Shown: positions 26,628 to 41,090 of the stretch, one piece after another
How positions within the stretch are numbered: the first letter of the stretch is position 1
Layout: every line of letters begins with the position of its first letter
Assembly: GCF_000181795.1 (NCBI RefSeq)
Contig: NW_003526943.1
Coordinates: 124,001-186,917 of the forward strand
Direction: 5' to 3'
Source: Trichinella spiralis
Taxonomy: Eukaryota
DNA: 62,917 bases
Position numbers and translations under genes: made by a program
The notes under the pieces: generated by a model
The model's input: the letters and a program-made list of their open reading frames with translations, nothing else
What the model was told of the DNA's origin: nothing
Database searches by the model: none

Positions 26628-29600
26628 GCTAAAATAATGCAACGAATATTGACGTTAGCCATTTGTTCCAACTGACATTGCAGCTGAAGTAGCAAAAACT
26701 AAATTTCACAGCTATTGCTTAGCAAAAGTTCACAAAGCTTGAATGGCCACCAGCCTGTTCAAATTTATGAACAATGTATGAAGGGAAAATAAAATTGCAA
26801 CACTACCATAACTTCGACGATAAGCATATCGAAAATTGTAAACAGCATTTGTAGATGCTTTCCTATCTACAGCGGACGGCATGCTTTTTGTCTTTTTTCT
26901 TTCTTCAGCTAATTCAGAAAATTCTCAGCCAAGCAATTAATAATATCCTCAATTGAGGTCGATATAGGCAGAAGTCGAGCAAAAGAACCAGCCTAGCATG
27001 TGTGCAGCTGGCGCGCAGTTGACAATTATTATTACAACCGGCCCAATTATTTAGCAGCTAGTTGAAGAAGCTGCCAATTGCTTAAGGTCAAAGCAATAAA
27101 CACAAACACGCACATATCCATATATCCTTCTATCCTCATACACGTATGTGTATACTTATACAGAAACTTTTCTTATTTTACAACAATTATATATATTTGG
27201 AACAAAGCTCAGTGGGAAAATAGTAGAGCAGTGTGTGTGGGCGACAGTTAATTGTCCAGTCTGATAACCAAATGATGACCATGGGATCGATAAAGGTCTG
27301 AGGACCCACCGGTGAGCAGGGTTTTATTTGCCGACCGTTCTTTCAGACAATAGCTGTGCAATTTGGTCAAGCTGATAACGAGAGCATAATGCACACACAT
27401 ACACACACAAGCCTAGAATACAAGCTTGATCCAACGGTACAAGTTGGTCAAACATATAGGTTAAAGTCGCTTGGCCCCATGAAGCGCCAGTTAGACTAGC
27501 AGAGAAGAATGTTGGCCAAGTGCTGCTATACATACATAAAACAAACGTGAATGGAGTGGACTAAACCTTAGAAAAAGGAAGTTGTCTTCAGTGATGGGTT
27601 GGCCCACCTTAGTCTAACTCTACGAAAACTTTTCCCATTGTTCCTACTAGCCAAGTACCTGTTAAGCCACTATTGTGGATAACAACAACAACCGGCGAAT
27701 AAGCAAGCAGCCAAGCATCAACACCGATGCTGTCCGTGTACAGCAAGGCAAATAAGCATTCTCGAATGACTCATTTTTCAAACGCCCACTATTTTTCATT
27801 TCGTTTTCTTACCTATTTGAAAAGCGTCCAGCTTGGTTTTTTCTTTTTTCAACATTTTCAACGCAACATTGAATATAAATAAAACCCATCAACAAGAATA
27901 TATATATTCGACGAAGTATGCATGTTTTTCATTCTACTTGTTTTTTTTGTAAACTGCAGCAGCTGTAAAATTTAAAAAGAAAAATTAAAAAAATAAATAG
28001 ATAAATTTTTATGAAAATACAATGTGGATACAATAAATAAAATATAAAATGAATAATATAACAAACAAAAAGAGACAATTCAGCAGGGTTCAGAAAAAGA
28101 TGAATTTTTCATTAAGAAAAAACTAAAAAACTTTTTTCTTCCATCCGTTTGATGAAACAATTTTCACAACAAAAGTTTATATAGAAAGCAACTTTTCCAA
28201 ATTCAAACCAAGCATATAAAATAGACGTATAAATTTTGGAGAAGAAAAAGGGCGTTTCTCTTTGAACTAACCCAACAAATGGCCATTTCATTAGTGGAAG
28301 CGACTGCAATAAAAATTGCAATAGAATTTTAACGCTGTGTCTGTCTACTTCAATCCAAAGCATCAAGCTAAGTCAAGTTTCAAAGCAGCTGTGTCCATTT
28401 ATCATCACCGAAGCTTGGAATAAGGCTCCCTTTCATGCTAATTTTTCCAACTATTTATTGCGCATTTTTCTCTTTCTTTCAATTTTTTATTCTCTAAATA
28501 CTCATTCATCACTATCTTGAATGCCATTCTAGTTTTTTTTTCTGTTTCACAAAATTTTTTTTAATATCTAATAAAACAATGAAAAGCTTGCAAAATTTTG
28601 AAAGAATGTTAAATTTACTGATCCGCAATTGCAAAATGGTAAAAATTTTACCATTGAATGACGTCAATCGGAAATTAATAACACAATCTTCATCTGTTAA
28701 ACTGCACAAGTGCATTCATTTACAAACGGAAGCTGTTTATAAATACGAATAAATTTGAAAATTCAAATAAAAAAAAATAAATATCAACATATATGCTGAC
28801 AGCATATTTTTTTATTTTTTCAAAATATTTGATTTCAATAATAGTAAATTTCTTATCTTTCATATGATCGGTAATGAGAATTCTTAAAAATAAAAATGGA
28901 AAATGCAATTTCACACTGCAATGATAATTTTTTCAGTAAGTTAAACAATCATATTTTTACAAAGCAAAGCATTTTAATTGTTCTTTGCAATTATGAAACA
29001 CAAAATTTCACCCATACCTATGCTTATACCCTTCGTGCTTAATTTTATTGATTTTGAAGAAAAATTTACTGAAAAGTTCCCAGATGTGAAACAGCAGCTG
29101 GCTACGTTAAAATTGACGCTTCTTTTTTATTGCACAATGTTGCCAATGAGTGTTTCAATGTCTCTTAAAGCAGCACGTGATAATAATAAAGCATGTTTGC
29201 AAGAGATAAAAGTTGAAGCATTATTTTCCAAAAGATATAAAATACGGCAGGTAAACGTTGGCAAACAAGCAGCTGTGAAGCATATTTGATTAGCAAAAAA
29301 ATTTTTATTTGTATAAGGAAAAGTGTTAGTGCCAATAAAGGTGACGTGATATAAACCCTCTAACAGTTGTCCTCCAAAGCTTAGTTAAATAATGATCGTT
29401 TACTTACTTCTTCATCAGTGTAAACTAAACTAAGCTAAATCAAAATTCATTTTTCACAATATATTGAATAAGCTAGTGAAAATGACCCGAGAGTGAAAAC
29501 AATCCTTGCCATTAAATAAATAAATAATTTCATAAATTACATGCTTACACGATAAAAGGGTTTTTTGTCATTTGCATACAGTATACAAATTAAAACTTCT

Positions 29601-32600
29601 CAGTATTAAAAATTATAGATTTATTTAGTGTTCCACCAGGTCAAACTAAACTAAACTAAACTAAATTATGAATTATTTATGAAAGCTCTTTTATTTAAAA
29701 TTAAAGCGAAACAAAATTAATTTAAAAAATGATTTGAATTAATAATCAAATTATTAAATACAGTATTATCATAACTTAGCTAAATGACAAATTTATAATT
29801 AACATTTCAAACTTTTCATTTTAAATTATTTTTCAAAAATGCCAGTTCAAATGCATTCGATTTTAAAATGCACTTACATTATTATCTCAAATAAGCATGT
29901 CAATTTAAATGTATTTAAAACATGTCAAAAAATACATGTATATGAGTAAACGTTGAGAATTAGCGTCTGAAGAATAATTATGCTTGTAACAGAAGATAAT
30001 AAACAATTAACTTTCTTCATCATCAACATTATATACATTGTATATTGCGTTATTGAATAAGATAAAAGGAACCGGGAGCAATGAAAAATGGAATCCATTT
30101 AACTAGCATGTTATTCAGTCTCTGGTGCAAAACCGCAGCAGCTGCAGTTGATCTGAAAGCTATTGAAATAAACGAATGGACAAGAAGATCAAATTTCCAA
30201 CTGAAACTAGCTTCAGTAAGCTTTAAAAGAACTTAATTAATGATTGCCAATAACCGAAAGAAATAATACTGAATATCTTATGCAGAGTTAAATTGACACC
30301 GCAATGTTAAAACAATAATAAGCATTTTAAAATCTTGGCAATTTTTCTAAATTAATGAATATCCTTAATTACAGGAATACTGTAATTACATCGGATATGT
30401 TTTAATTCTGCAATAATTGAAAAATGTAACCTAATTATCTAAAATAAGTAAAGACATATTTTATTTATTCGGATTTTTTCAACTACTGACTTACTGACAA
30501 AGATGTAAACCACGTCTTCAGCATATACAAATAATTGAAATTATTTTTAAAAGATTGTATTTTTTATTACATTAAAATGCATCAAAATTATAATGAAATT
30601 TGAATGAAACACTTATTTATATGATATTTATGCTGGTTGTTTTTTAAAATTTTAAACGATTATAAATAATTAATGCATATTTCTTCATAAGAAGCGTTAA
30701 ATGAAACACTACTAAAATACCTTGTCCACTGTTGTAAGTGGTCGAACTTGAAGCACAATGAAATTGTGAAATTGATTAATTTATACAGATATAAAGTGTG
30801 AAATGAATGAGTGTAATAGTTTAGGTTGAATTTTTCAAATGCAAATATGTGTGATAGAGATTCAAAAAATAAAATTATGCGGATGATCAGTGATGAATTA
30901 ATTGAATTTTCTTGTAAATTTACCTGAATTTAATGCTGTGTGAAAATTCAAGCTGCAAATGTATTCTTAAAAAAAGATTACACGTGATGGCGTGATTTGA
31001 ATGAATGCGTCTGAGAAATTGAACGTTCTCAATTATCCTGGGAAAGATGATGATGATGATGATGCAATTATTGTTCTGGTGGTCATTCTCTTTTTAAAAC
31101 TAGCACAAGTTGGGCTAGTAAATTCTATTTATAAAATATACAGAATTGGGGAAAAAGGTATTAAAAGTTCAATTGCCATTAGTCTAAATAAAAATAGATC
31201 AAATGAATATTAGCAAAGCAAAATATTTTTCCATGTGGCGGTAGCACAGTGAGAGAAGGAGAAATCAACTTACGGTGAACTAAAGCTTGCCGCTCTGAAG
31301 TAGAATCTAATTCAAGGTCGAAGCCATAATTTCGAATTCGACAATCCACATTTTTTGAATTAAATGATGACTGATTTCGCATGATTATTTTTCTTCGGCT
31401 TCAAAAACTAAAACAATAAAAAATTAACCTTTTTAGCATAATTTTCATTGAAATCAATAAAGAATAATAAAATGTGAAAACTGTTGAAACAGAAGTCATT
31501 TTCATTGTAGAAGTAAATGTAAAAATATGTACTTCCATTTAGAAGATAAAAATATATATATATATATAACGATATATTCAAATAAGATACAGTCATGTGA
31601 GAAGAGGAGCTCTGTGGTGCAAGAAGGAGGTAGATTAATTTACACTGTGAAAAGGCACCAGCATTAAACAATAGAAACAAGAAAATGGACTCTTCCTATG
31701 ACCTTAGAATATTGAGGTCATTTTTATCTTTGAACAATTTACCTCTTTTGCTGTCTAAAGTATGGAATATTGCTAGTATGCGATTTTATAAATATATCCC
31801 ACATATGGCTACCGTGTGTAAAAAATTTCTCTTCCTCTTTTGATGCGAAGTATCTGAATTTAATACGATTAAGAAGCACATTTAGAAATAGCGTTAATTT
31901 TTGCTTATTCACTCGGTGAATGAAAACGAGGTGAAAATTGGAGCAACAGCTTGCAAACCAGGACATTTCCTCATGCAAAACACAACTTCAACTTCTTTCC
32001 ATTCATTTAATACATTAAATATTAAATTCCAACAAAAAATTCGTCCGTTTTCTTTGTTATAATTTCACGCATCATATCATTGTTCGAACGAACACACGCT
32101 GGCTGTTGACAAGTAAAAAAGAATTAAACTGTTTTCTACATTATTTAAATTTATATATTACAAAAATTAAATTAAATTTTTTTGCTTTGTCTAAATCGAT
32201 TATTTTTAACTCATACTTGCCTGACATTATTGGAGCATTTATTGCACGCTGTTCAAGAATTAAGTAATAAATTGTATTATCAACATTTTTGCCAGATTTT
32301 CAAAATGATAAGTTAAAAACTTATCCAAAGAGCAATAATAGTATTATTTAAAATGATAAATTTACAAAAACAAATATTGTAAACTGAAAATAATCATTCA
32401 AAACTGTAATTTTATAAATCCTACAAAAATTACTATCCTCTTTTGATTATACATATTTTTTATTTTTAAATTTTATTCAAAGCAGCATGATTATTCAAAT
32501 TTTATTCAGATGATATTTCAATTGAATTCTGATGAAACAAAGAAAAAAAGAATAAAATAAATATTCTAAACAATGAATTATTACCTCTTTACATTGGATT

Positions 32601-35150
32601 ATTATCCTATGATAGTTGTATACGCACTGTTCAGATTTTCTTATTGCACTATTTTGGAATATCGCTTCAAATTGGACGATCATTCACAAGTACCCTTTTT
32701 TCCAATGACGCTTTTCATAACTGGTAAAGCCAGCGGCAAAAAATTCAAAATTTCAAATAAAATTTTACCACATTTTTGGCAGAAATTCATCGACGATTTT
32801 AAATTTATTTACATTAATTTGTAAATGTTGTTGTAAACTTAAATATATCTCTTTACATAAAAAATCATAAAGCTCGTCGGAATTCTTTTCAAAAAATTAA
32901 AAAAATCATCATAACTTTTGTAAACTTCACCAAACAAAGTATAATGATCTTTTGCATATCAAACAATTGCTGAAATTTATTTTTACTTGTTATAAATTAT
33001 AAAATATCATTATAAAATTGAAATATGATAATTACAAATAAATAAAAATGCAAAATGGAGAACAAATATTATTAGCATTACAAATATAATAATTTTGAAA
33101 TAATTATTATTTTCAGTCTTTTAAAATTAACATTATAAAATAAGTTGCCTGCCCCACTGAGGTAAGTATATAGCAGCTTCTTCCGTGCAAAGTTACACAT
33201 AGCAAGATCAATATGAATTAATTGTAGTTTAAAAGCATTTTCATCAATTTTGCACAAATAATAACTATTGTTAATGCAAAATTTTTATCGATGATTTCTA
33301 TTTCAAAGAAACAGAACAAAAAGTAGAACATTGAATATAATTCGTACGTATTATAGAAAGAATTGAAATATCACTTTCGTATGTTATCAGAAATCTGACG
33401 TCAAAATTATGCAACTACTTTCAGTGAAAATGTCTCTCTTTTTTTTTCATTGCTTCAAGATGTGGTTGTTGACAAGGAAAATTAATTTAAATTTTTAATC
33501 TTACCAAATAATCATAATAATTTATTGGTATTTTTTTGTATTCTGTTGTATGTGTTGATCAGTTAGTTCAATTGCCAGCTGTAAGTGGGTACATGAGATA
33601 TGGCCAGTCAGTGTTTGATGATAACGATCAAAAGCTCAAGTAGTGGTTGAAGCGAGTTCTTTAAATCGAGCCAAGTAAGCAATTACAGCAATTATTTCCG
33701 CTTGATAAACGAAATTGGAAAGAGTTGAAATTTTCAGTCTAGCATAGCTTCAACACCGACAGCGTCAACAATCATAATTTCACGCAATTGTCAAACGCTC
33801 CTTGCAAATTGGTCCAACTTTATTTATCTATATCTCTCCATTTTCATTCTTTATGAAAAGAGAATGAACATTTTTCAACAGTCGATAATTAATCGATTCT
33901 GCTTTTAATCCAAACACAGCAGCACTTTTCACATCTCTTTTTCCAAAATGGCTAAGAAAAGTGATTTTCATTAATTTAACAAAGAAAAACATTTTGTATG
34001 CATCTGCTTTAAAATTTAAACTTATTAATTAACAACAACAACATATCCAACTTTAAGCAAATAATGCACCTACACTACTAAATAATTTAAATTATTGTTT
34101 TACTTTTAAAATTTCCAAAAAAATTAAAATAAAACAAAGTAACTATCATTTCGCTGATATTATTTTTGCATAATAATTTTTATCAAATTTCTGATTTTCA
34201 AAAAATACACTGCTATTTCTTGTACTGACAGTAAGGAGTTATTGATTGATATGGAGTAATATTTATTAAAAAGTAAAACAGTTCAATTTTAAGAACTTGG
34301 ATGAAAAAAGAGTAAAATTTAGGTAATTGTAAATTAACGTTTTTCAAATTTATCGACATTTTACATTTTCTTGCATGTTACTTTTTGAACAAGTCGAATA
34401 CAAAGTTAAGGTGCTATTAACCAAACAGACTTTGATAATCTTAGATTTTCAAGTTAGCAGTGATTGCTCTTGTTTCAGCGGAAATTCAATTGTGTCATCG
34501 GCAGAATTAACAGATTGCTTCGATAAATAAAATAATTAAAGCGAGTCTGTTCAATTAATTAATTATACATGCACGAAGTCGCTCAAGATCAAAGTAATCA
34601 AAGCAAATTGTCCCTGGTAAGTTGAGCATGATGATCTAATACGAACTAATACGGTGGACCTCTCTTATTTGTAACAATTGCAAATGCAATACAAAAAAAT
34701 TCACCTCCCACCGCACCTGTAAAATCAACTTTTCAATTTTTTTTTCATTTACTAACTTACTACAGTACACATATATTGACAATCGAGTATTACACAAGTG
34801 TATACTGTTCGTAACAACGAGAATTCATATTCTCTTTTGAACGCATTCTAGTGGCGTAAAGTAAATTATAAAAAAATGACTATTAAATTCAGTACTCAAA
34901 AAATAAACAAGAACTGTTACATCGGCTATATTACAATAAAATAAACATGTTGTAATGAGTAAATGAATTATTGAATAGAATCGCATTTTAGTCATTGCAT
35001 AAGTCATAAGCATTCTTCAAAATGGAGTTTTTCTACAGACAAACTGACTGACCCCAATGAAACTCTTCAAAAGTTAAGCTGTGAATTTATTCGTTGAATT
35101 CAATAGATCGCTGATTCAGCATTTCCATTTTGATCTATTAAATATGATTA

Positions 35151-36712
35151 TCATTGTAAAAATCTTGAAAGGTCTGCTTTATAAAGTCCATTAGTAACAT
35201 TCGTAACATATAAGCAAAGGTTGTCTGCATCAAATGCAGCACATATTTCATGATTTGATACTTCGTCGGGCAACTGTAAAGGAATTTTTCGGTACATTTT
35301 TGTACTCAAATTGAGATACCATATGTCACGATTAAATTCAGTTAGCGTCAAACCCAGAGCACTACTACCAGCCATTAGAAGCATCTTATCGTTGTGTTGG
35401 AAAAGGATCTGCGGACCAGAGAATGCCCATTTTGGTCTTTCCCCAGCAATATCTTCGACGGTCATCGAACCTTGCTTCAAAGATATAACCATTAATTTAT
35501 CGGGATGCCACCGAAAACCACATCCATGACTTCCGAACATTGCATACAAAATTTCGTTGTTCAAAGCCAGCATCACGATGTTCGCTTTTGGAAAAGGCAT
35601 CTTTTCTATGGTAAACAAGTGGCTCAAGATGAAAACATCTCCAGACGATGAAAGTTTTGCAATAACAGCATTGTTGTTGTCTTCACTCGAGAATGCAAAA
35701 ATAACCACGTTGCTATTCACAACTGTGTAATGAAGCTTACAGTGAAAATTCGGTAATGTTAGGGTCGATTTCACTTTACTGTCCACCTAAAAATATTGAA
35801 TAAATTTTACATAAGATGTGAATTGTATTGTAAAAATGTAATTTTTTCAAAACAAAAAAGAAAATGTTTCTGTGCGTGGAAGAATAACTGGAAGACAAGC
35901 TGCGTTAAAATATGTCGTTCAGAAATTTTTTCCAGTTTTATCATCGCATTCAAAATTCGTTACTTTAAATTACTTTTTTTGAAAATATTTTCAAAAACAA
36001 GTTCACCGTACCAACAAATGCAAGTCATGATAGCACAGCATCAAAGAATTACATTACACAACAAATACAGGTCGCACTATCTTGAACAATTGCAACAAAA
36101 AATCATTATACTGTAACATTAAAATTTAAGTAGAAATTTTTTTTAATTAAAATTGAATATTTTTAATATTCCTGCAAAAATAACCAAATCATTTTATAAT
36201 CTACTTATAGTAAATAACAAGTGAAGAATAAAAATACGGTTTAAAATTGTTTGACATCGTTTAGATGAAAATAAAATTATAAATTAACTTTAATAAAAAG
36301 ATTAAACAGCTTTGTTGCTAACCTTCAGTGAAACGGATTTCCAAGTTCGGTCGCTCCAGGTGAATAATTCTATATTGTCGCATCTTTCATATTCGCTGTA
36401 AACAATCATGTAAACATGTCGTTTCAAAGTGAAAATAACTTCTTTTTTATCTTCACTTTTATCCAAAGCAGAAAAATAAAATCGTTCAGTCGTGTTGTTT
36501 ATTAAATTCAAATCAATAGCATAACTTCCAAGAAGAACCGTATTTCTGAAGCTGGAATGTCGTGGTTGGGATATGCCTTTTTGTCCAAATAATAAAATAT
36601 GATCCTCATTGTATACACAATGGTGATTACTGAGCAGATTATCTTCGACCTGCTGAAAACTACTAAAAACTTTTACGAACGATCCATTAGTGGATTCAAA
36701 CTGATCAGCCAT
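35151..36712 (-). CDS. Uncharacterised beta-strand-rich protein, possibly a divergent Kelch-type beta-propeller (2 exons)
   Basis: Exon 36712-36323 (MADQFES..HHCVYNEDHILLFG..WSDRTWKSVSLK, donor AAG|GTTAGC) joins in phase 0 to exon 35786-35151 (acceptor TTTTAG|GTG). It contains Kelch-like segments such as MLLMAGS..FNRDIWYLNLSTKMYRKI. Confidence 0.7.
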
Positions 36713-39537
36713 TATAAATATGTAAGTGTTGGAGAGCCAGAATAAAAATTCAATGAACATCACTTCAGCAGGTGATTACAAGTGAAATTTTCCAGATGCT
36801 GAAAAACAAGTTAAATATCATATATTAATCAACAACAATCTCTTTATTATTATTTGAATAGAAAAAAAAGAAAAAAATTTTTATCTACTTATTTATATAT
36901 AATAAGTAATTAATTTGAATCATGAGCATTTAAAAAATATAACACAAACAAGTTTCGCAAATGTTACAAGTAAGAATAAAGTGCTGCACTTGCTATTACC
37001 ACAAGCTACTTGCAACTTAAAAGTCTGACGCAACGCAACCAATTAAAACGTTATGGCAATTTTATAGAACAACTGAATTCAAATACCTTTCATTGTTGGA
37101 GCAAAATGAATTAAAAATTAAAATAAGTAAAACATTACTGCCAAGCAAACAAAAGGTACGTAAAATAAAATGGGGATATTAAAAATTTTAACGTCTCTTT
37201 TAACCTGATACAAAACTGCTTAATGCGTATATTCACACAACTTTTATTACCGTTTTACGTCCAATATACAGCGATGAACAATTTGGATTAAGAATTAAAT
37301 ACTCCTGCATGAATGCATAACTCTTTACATTGCATTTAAAATTACCAAAAATAATTAAATCATCAATGCAACTACAAATAAATACAATAATCACATAAAT
37401 TGAAATGGCTCATCAAAATGGACAACAATTTGAAAACGAAACAACTCTGCAAGCAGTAGCAAAAATCAAAAAATGTGAAACATCATAGCGCATGACACAG
37501 AACGTATAAAAATAATTTTCTTAAAATTCACCAAAAAAAAACATTTCTAATTTATTTATTTTGAAATAGAAACAAAAATCTTACCTCATCTGTTATATTT
37601 CACTTGCTTTACGCTGCCCAATTGTGTAGTATCAAAAATTGAAGATTTCAAAAGTATCTAAAGAATGAATGATTAAAGATTCATAAAAGCAACTCCTAAA
37701 CTTATAAAGCAAACAGTACAATAGCAAGTTTAAAAAACTAGATTCATTACTTTCACTGCACTTTGTTATATGTTGATGACAAAAAATTATAAAGAAAAAG
37801 CAGGTTTTCATAAAACATAAAGTAAAAAACAATAAATTCACAGATTAAAAATAAAATTTCTACATAAAATGAAAATAATTTATATTATTACTATCATCAG
37901 AAATAATATTATACCAGTATTTTTTTAAATTATTACAAATTATATTATGTTCGGTGATGCAACAGCAACTGCACTGATGTCGAAATGATTCATATTCTGT
38001 AATTTTGTAGAACACAATTACTGTCAAAATGCGTCATATAAAAATACAATCAACATGCAACAACAGCAGACTGACAAAAGCTAATTGTCAAACATTATTG
38101 AAACTAGTGGTAGCAGGCAATCTGTACAACGAATAAATCAACAAATAAACAAACAAACAACCAATGTTTATTGTCGTCGTTGTTTGCCAAAAAATAAAAC
38201 TGCTTTATTTTGAAGGGGAAAATGAAAATTTACAATTTTACAAATCTTCCCAATACAGCATGCACTACTGGATGTGCTTCAACATATAACTTGCATTACT
38301 AAATGAATAAAACAATTCGAAATCATTCAGGATTAAATAAAAGTAGAACATTGACTTCAAATTCAACAATTACATTCAATACTATCTGCTGTGAAAAAAT
38401 ACAATATTTCTGAATATTAATATAAATTCAAATTTAATCACTCACATCAGACTTCGTGATTCGTGAATGTTATACTTATACGAGTTCAATTTGAAAATTA
38501 ATGTCCCGACGACAATTTTATTGCTAACCATTTATTTGCAGTTGTCAATGGTGTTTATCGTTCGTTCAAACAGCTACCACATCAACTGACTAGAAGTAGT
38601 GCACATTTACAAACAAAATAAGAATTAAGTAAAAGAACACTATATTGAACGCTTTGAAATCAATAATTTTACTCTTAGTTTTTTGAATTATATTTCATAA
38701 TTGAACTGTACAATATGATTTCAAATTATGTGAGTCTTAAATATAATAAGACGCTACGAAATGATCTATCCTTGCTACTTCTGCTTTTATCTCTTCAATA
38801 AATGACACGAATACAGTAAGTGTTAACAATTAAGATTTGATTTTCAAGTAAAATTTTTACAAACGCATAACGAATTAAAAGTGAATTTTATCATGACAGT
38901 CACGGTATAGTGAACTGAAATAAACTTATTGCCTATTACCGCTACTTTCAAATGTTGTACTAAATTGTAGTTAGCAGCAGTTTAACAAATTAATTAAGTG
39001 ATTTTCTAACGCCAAACTGTTTTCGACAATCGTTTTAAATACTTTGGCAATACATCTCGAATTTTCATAATTTTAATGAAGAATTACTTCATTAACAACA
39101 TACTTAACCAAGTAAAATGTAGAATGCTGTTAATTTTCGACAATTCAAGATCGAAGAATAATAAACAACACTGAATAAACTTTCTTTTTATTTAAGTACC
39201 GCTTTAAATCAGCATTCACACATCATGTTCAATATATTATTTAATAAACAATATTCATTATTATATAAAAAACAATGTTTAAAATATCAATTTACTGAAA
39301 TATTTATTTATTATTATATAAGTTAGTACTTCAACAATGCATTCTTTAATTTATTATAAATAAGGAAACAATAAGAATTATTGTAGCAATAATAGAAGTA
39401 GAGAAAACAAGAATCCATTAAAATAAAATAAGCAAAGCATTAATCTATCACAATGAAGCATAAATCAATGACACCCACCTAGTAACCATGCAACACCAAC
39501 TGCAAAGAAAAAAGCAAAATACAAAACAGAAACATAT

Positions 39538-39676
39538 CTATTTCACTTTAGAGAAGTATTCTTTCGCCTGATCTACGTTAGGCTTAATAGTTGGTCCATC
39601 TGGTTTCCAATTTGCTGGACAAACTGAAAAAATAAACAAATTGTACAAACATATAAATAAATAAATAAATAAATAA

Positions 39677-39712
<36 letters not shown>

Positions 39713-41090
39713 GATAATGTTTGGCGATTTTAATGCTGCATAATTTTATTGGAATCTTGTAATTTACGAATTAGTAAAAATTATTAAATGATTTTGTAAA
39801 TTCATTTGCAAAAAATCATGTTACCACAAATGTTTTTTCGGCACTGCGTTGCAAAAAGCATGTGTATGTGCAAAATATTACTGGAATGATAATTATGTGA
39901 TTCCTAAGTATTTTATAAGAGATTAAATTGTTCTTTCTCAGTGGCAAACAAACTTAAAAAATTAATATTGATAATCAGCATTAAATTGTACATAATCAAA
40001 AGTATAATATAAAAAAATTTCGGTTGCTTGCAAACAATTAAAAATTAATATTTACCTTCGCCATGCTTTTCGAAAAACTGGAAAGCTTTCACCAAACGAA
40101 GTGCTTCATCAACAGATCTTCCTACAGGCAAATCATTAACACTTACATGCTTCAAAATACCGTGAGGATCAATCAGAAATAAGCCTCTAAAAACAAAACA
40201 TTTGCTAAAATGAATATATATATATATATATATATATGTTTATGCTTCAAACCTGAGAGCGATCCCATCTTTTTCCAATAAAACACCATAACTGCGAGAT
40301 ATAGATTTTGTAAAATCAGCCATTATAGGAATTTTCATTTCTCCTAAACCACCTTCCTAAAATTATAATTATTAAAAATCTATAAAACGTAATAACAGAA
40401 ATTTATAAAGCATAAAAACTTAATTTTCGGGGAGTGTTTATCCATCCAAAGTGTGAAAAGTGCGAATCAGTAGAACAAGCAATTAATTCGCAGTTAATTT
40501 CTTTGAATTCACCAGCTCGATCATTGAAAGCAATTATTTCAGTTGGACAAACAAACGTGCTACAAATAGGCATGTCCTGTGGTTAAAAGAGAGCTTCTAC
40601 AGATTTTACCAAATCATAAACTTCGCTTACAAATCCATTGGATAGAAAAACAAAATCAACCATTTCCCTTTATAATCAGACAATTTAATTTCACTAATTT
40701 TACGACTGATGACTGCTTGAGATTTAAAATCTGGAGCCTTTTCTTGCGGTCTTGGCAAAACTGGAGTAGAAGGGTTAATGTTGGATCCCTTCGGATAAGT
40801 TATTGTGATGGCTAAAATATAAAATATACAATAAAATATAACCGTAAGAAATAAAAGAAAATCACAAAGTTTATACTTTGATATTCATCCTTGGCATCAT
40901 GCTTGTGATGACTCAAGCGCAATGGTACACTAGTCAAACCTAAAAACATTGGAACTTGAAATAATACTTTTTTTGGTCAAAGAGAAAGCACTGCATAAAA
41001 GTTTAAATCACTTAATTATCATTTTCGTAATACTGAATACTTACGCATGCATCGTGAAACGCTTTGTCGAAAGAGCACTTGCGGTAACAT
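39538..41090 (-). CDS. PRDX3: Typical 2-Cys peroxiredoxin, mitochondrial PRDX3-like (7 exons)
   Basis: An Arg/Ser-rich presequence [25 protein letters not shown] is followed by [45 protein letters not shown]..|[62 protein letters not shown]. Confidence 0.95.
39653..39711. repeat. Compound (TAAA)n(TA)n microsatellite in the last PRDX3 intron
   Basis: Directly visible. A second (TA)n tract lies at about 40214-40237 in another PRDX3 intron. Confidence 0.9.

Noticed and set aside
27121..30370. ATATCCTT motifs resembling U12-type donors (near 27122 and 30359)
   Set aside because: They are not at exon boundaries of any assembled gene and are on the strand opposite teneurin.
28100..32830. Numerous 60-100 aa ORFs in the ORF track
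   Set aside because: They are F/I/K/L/N-rich translations of AT-rich non-coding DNA with no motifs or splice support.
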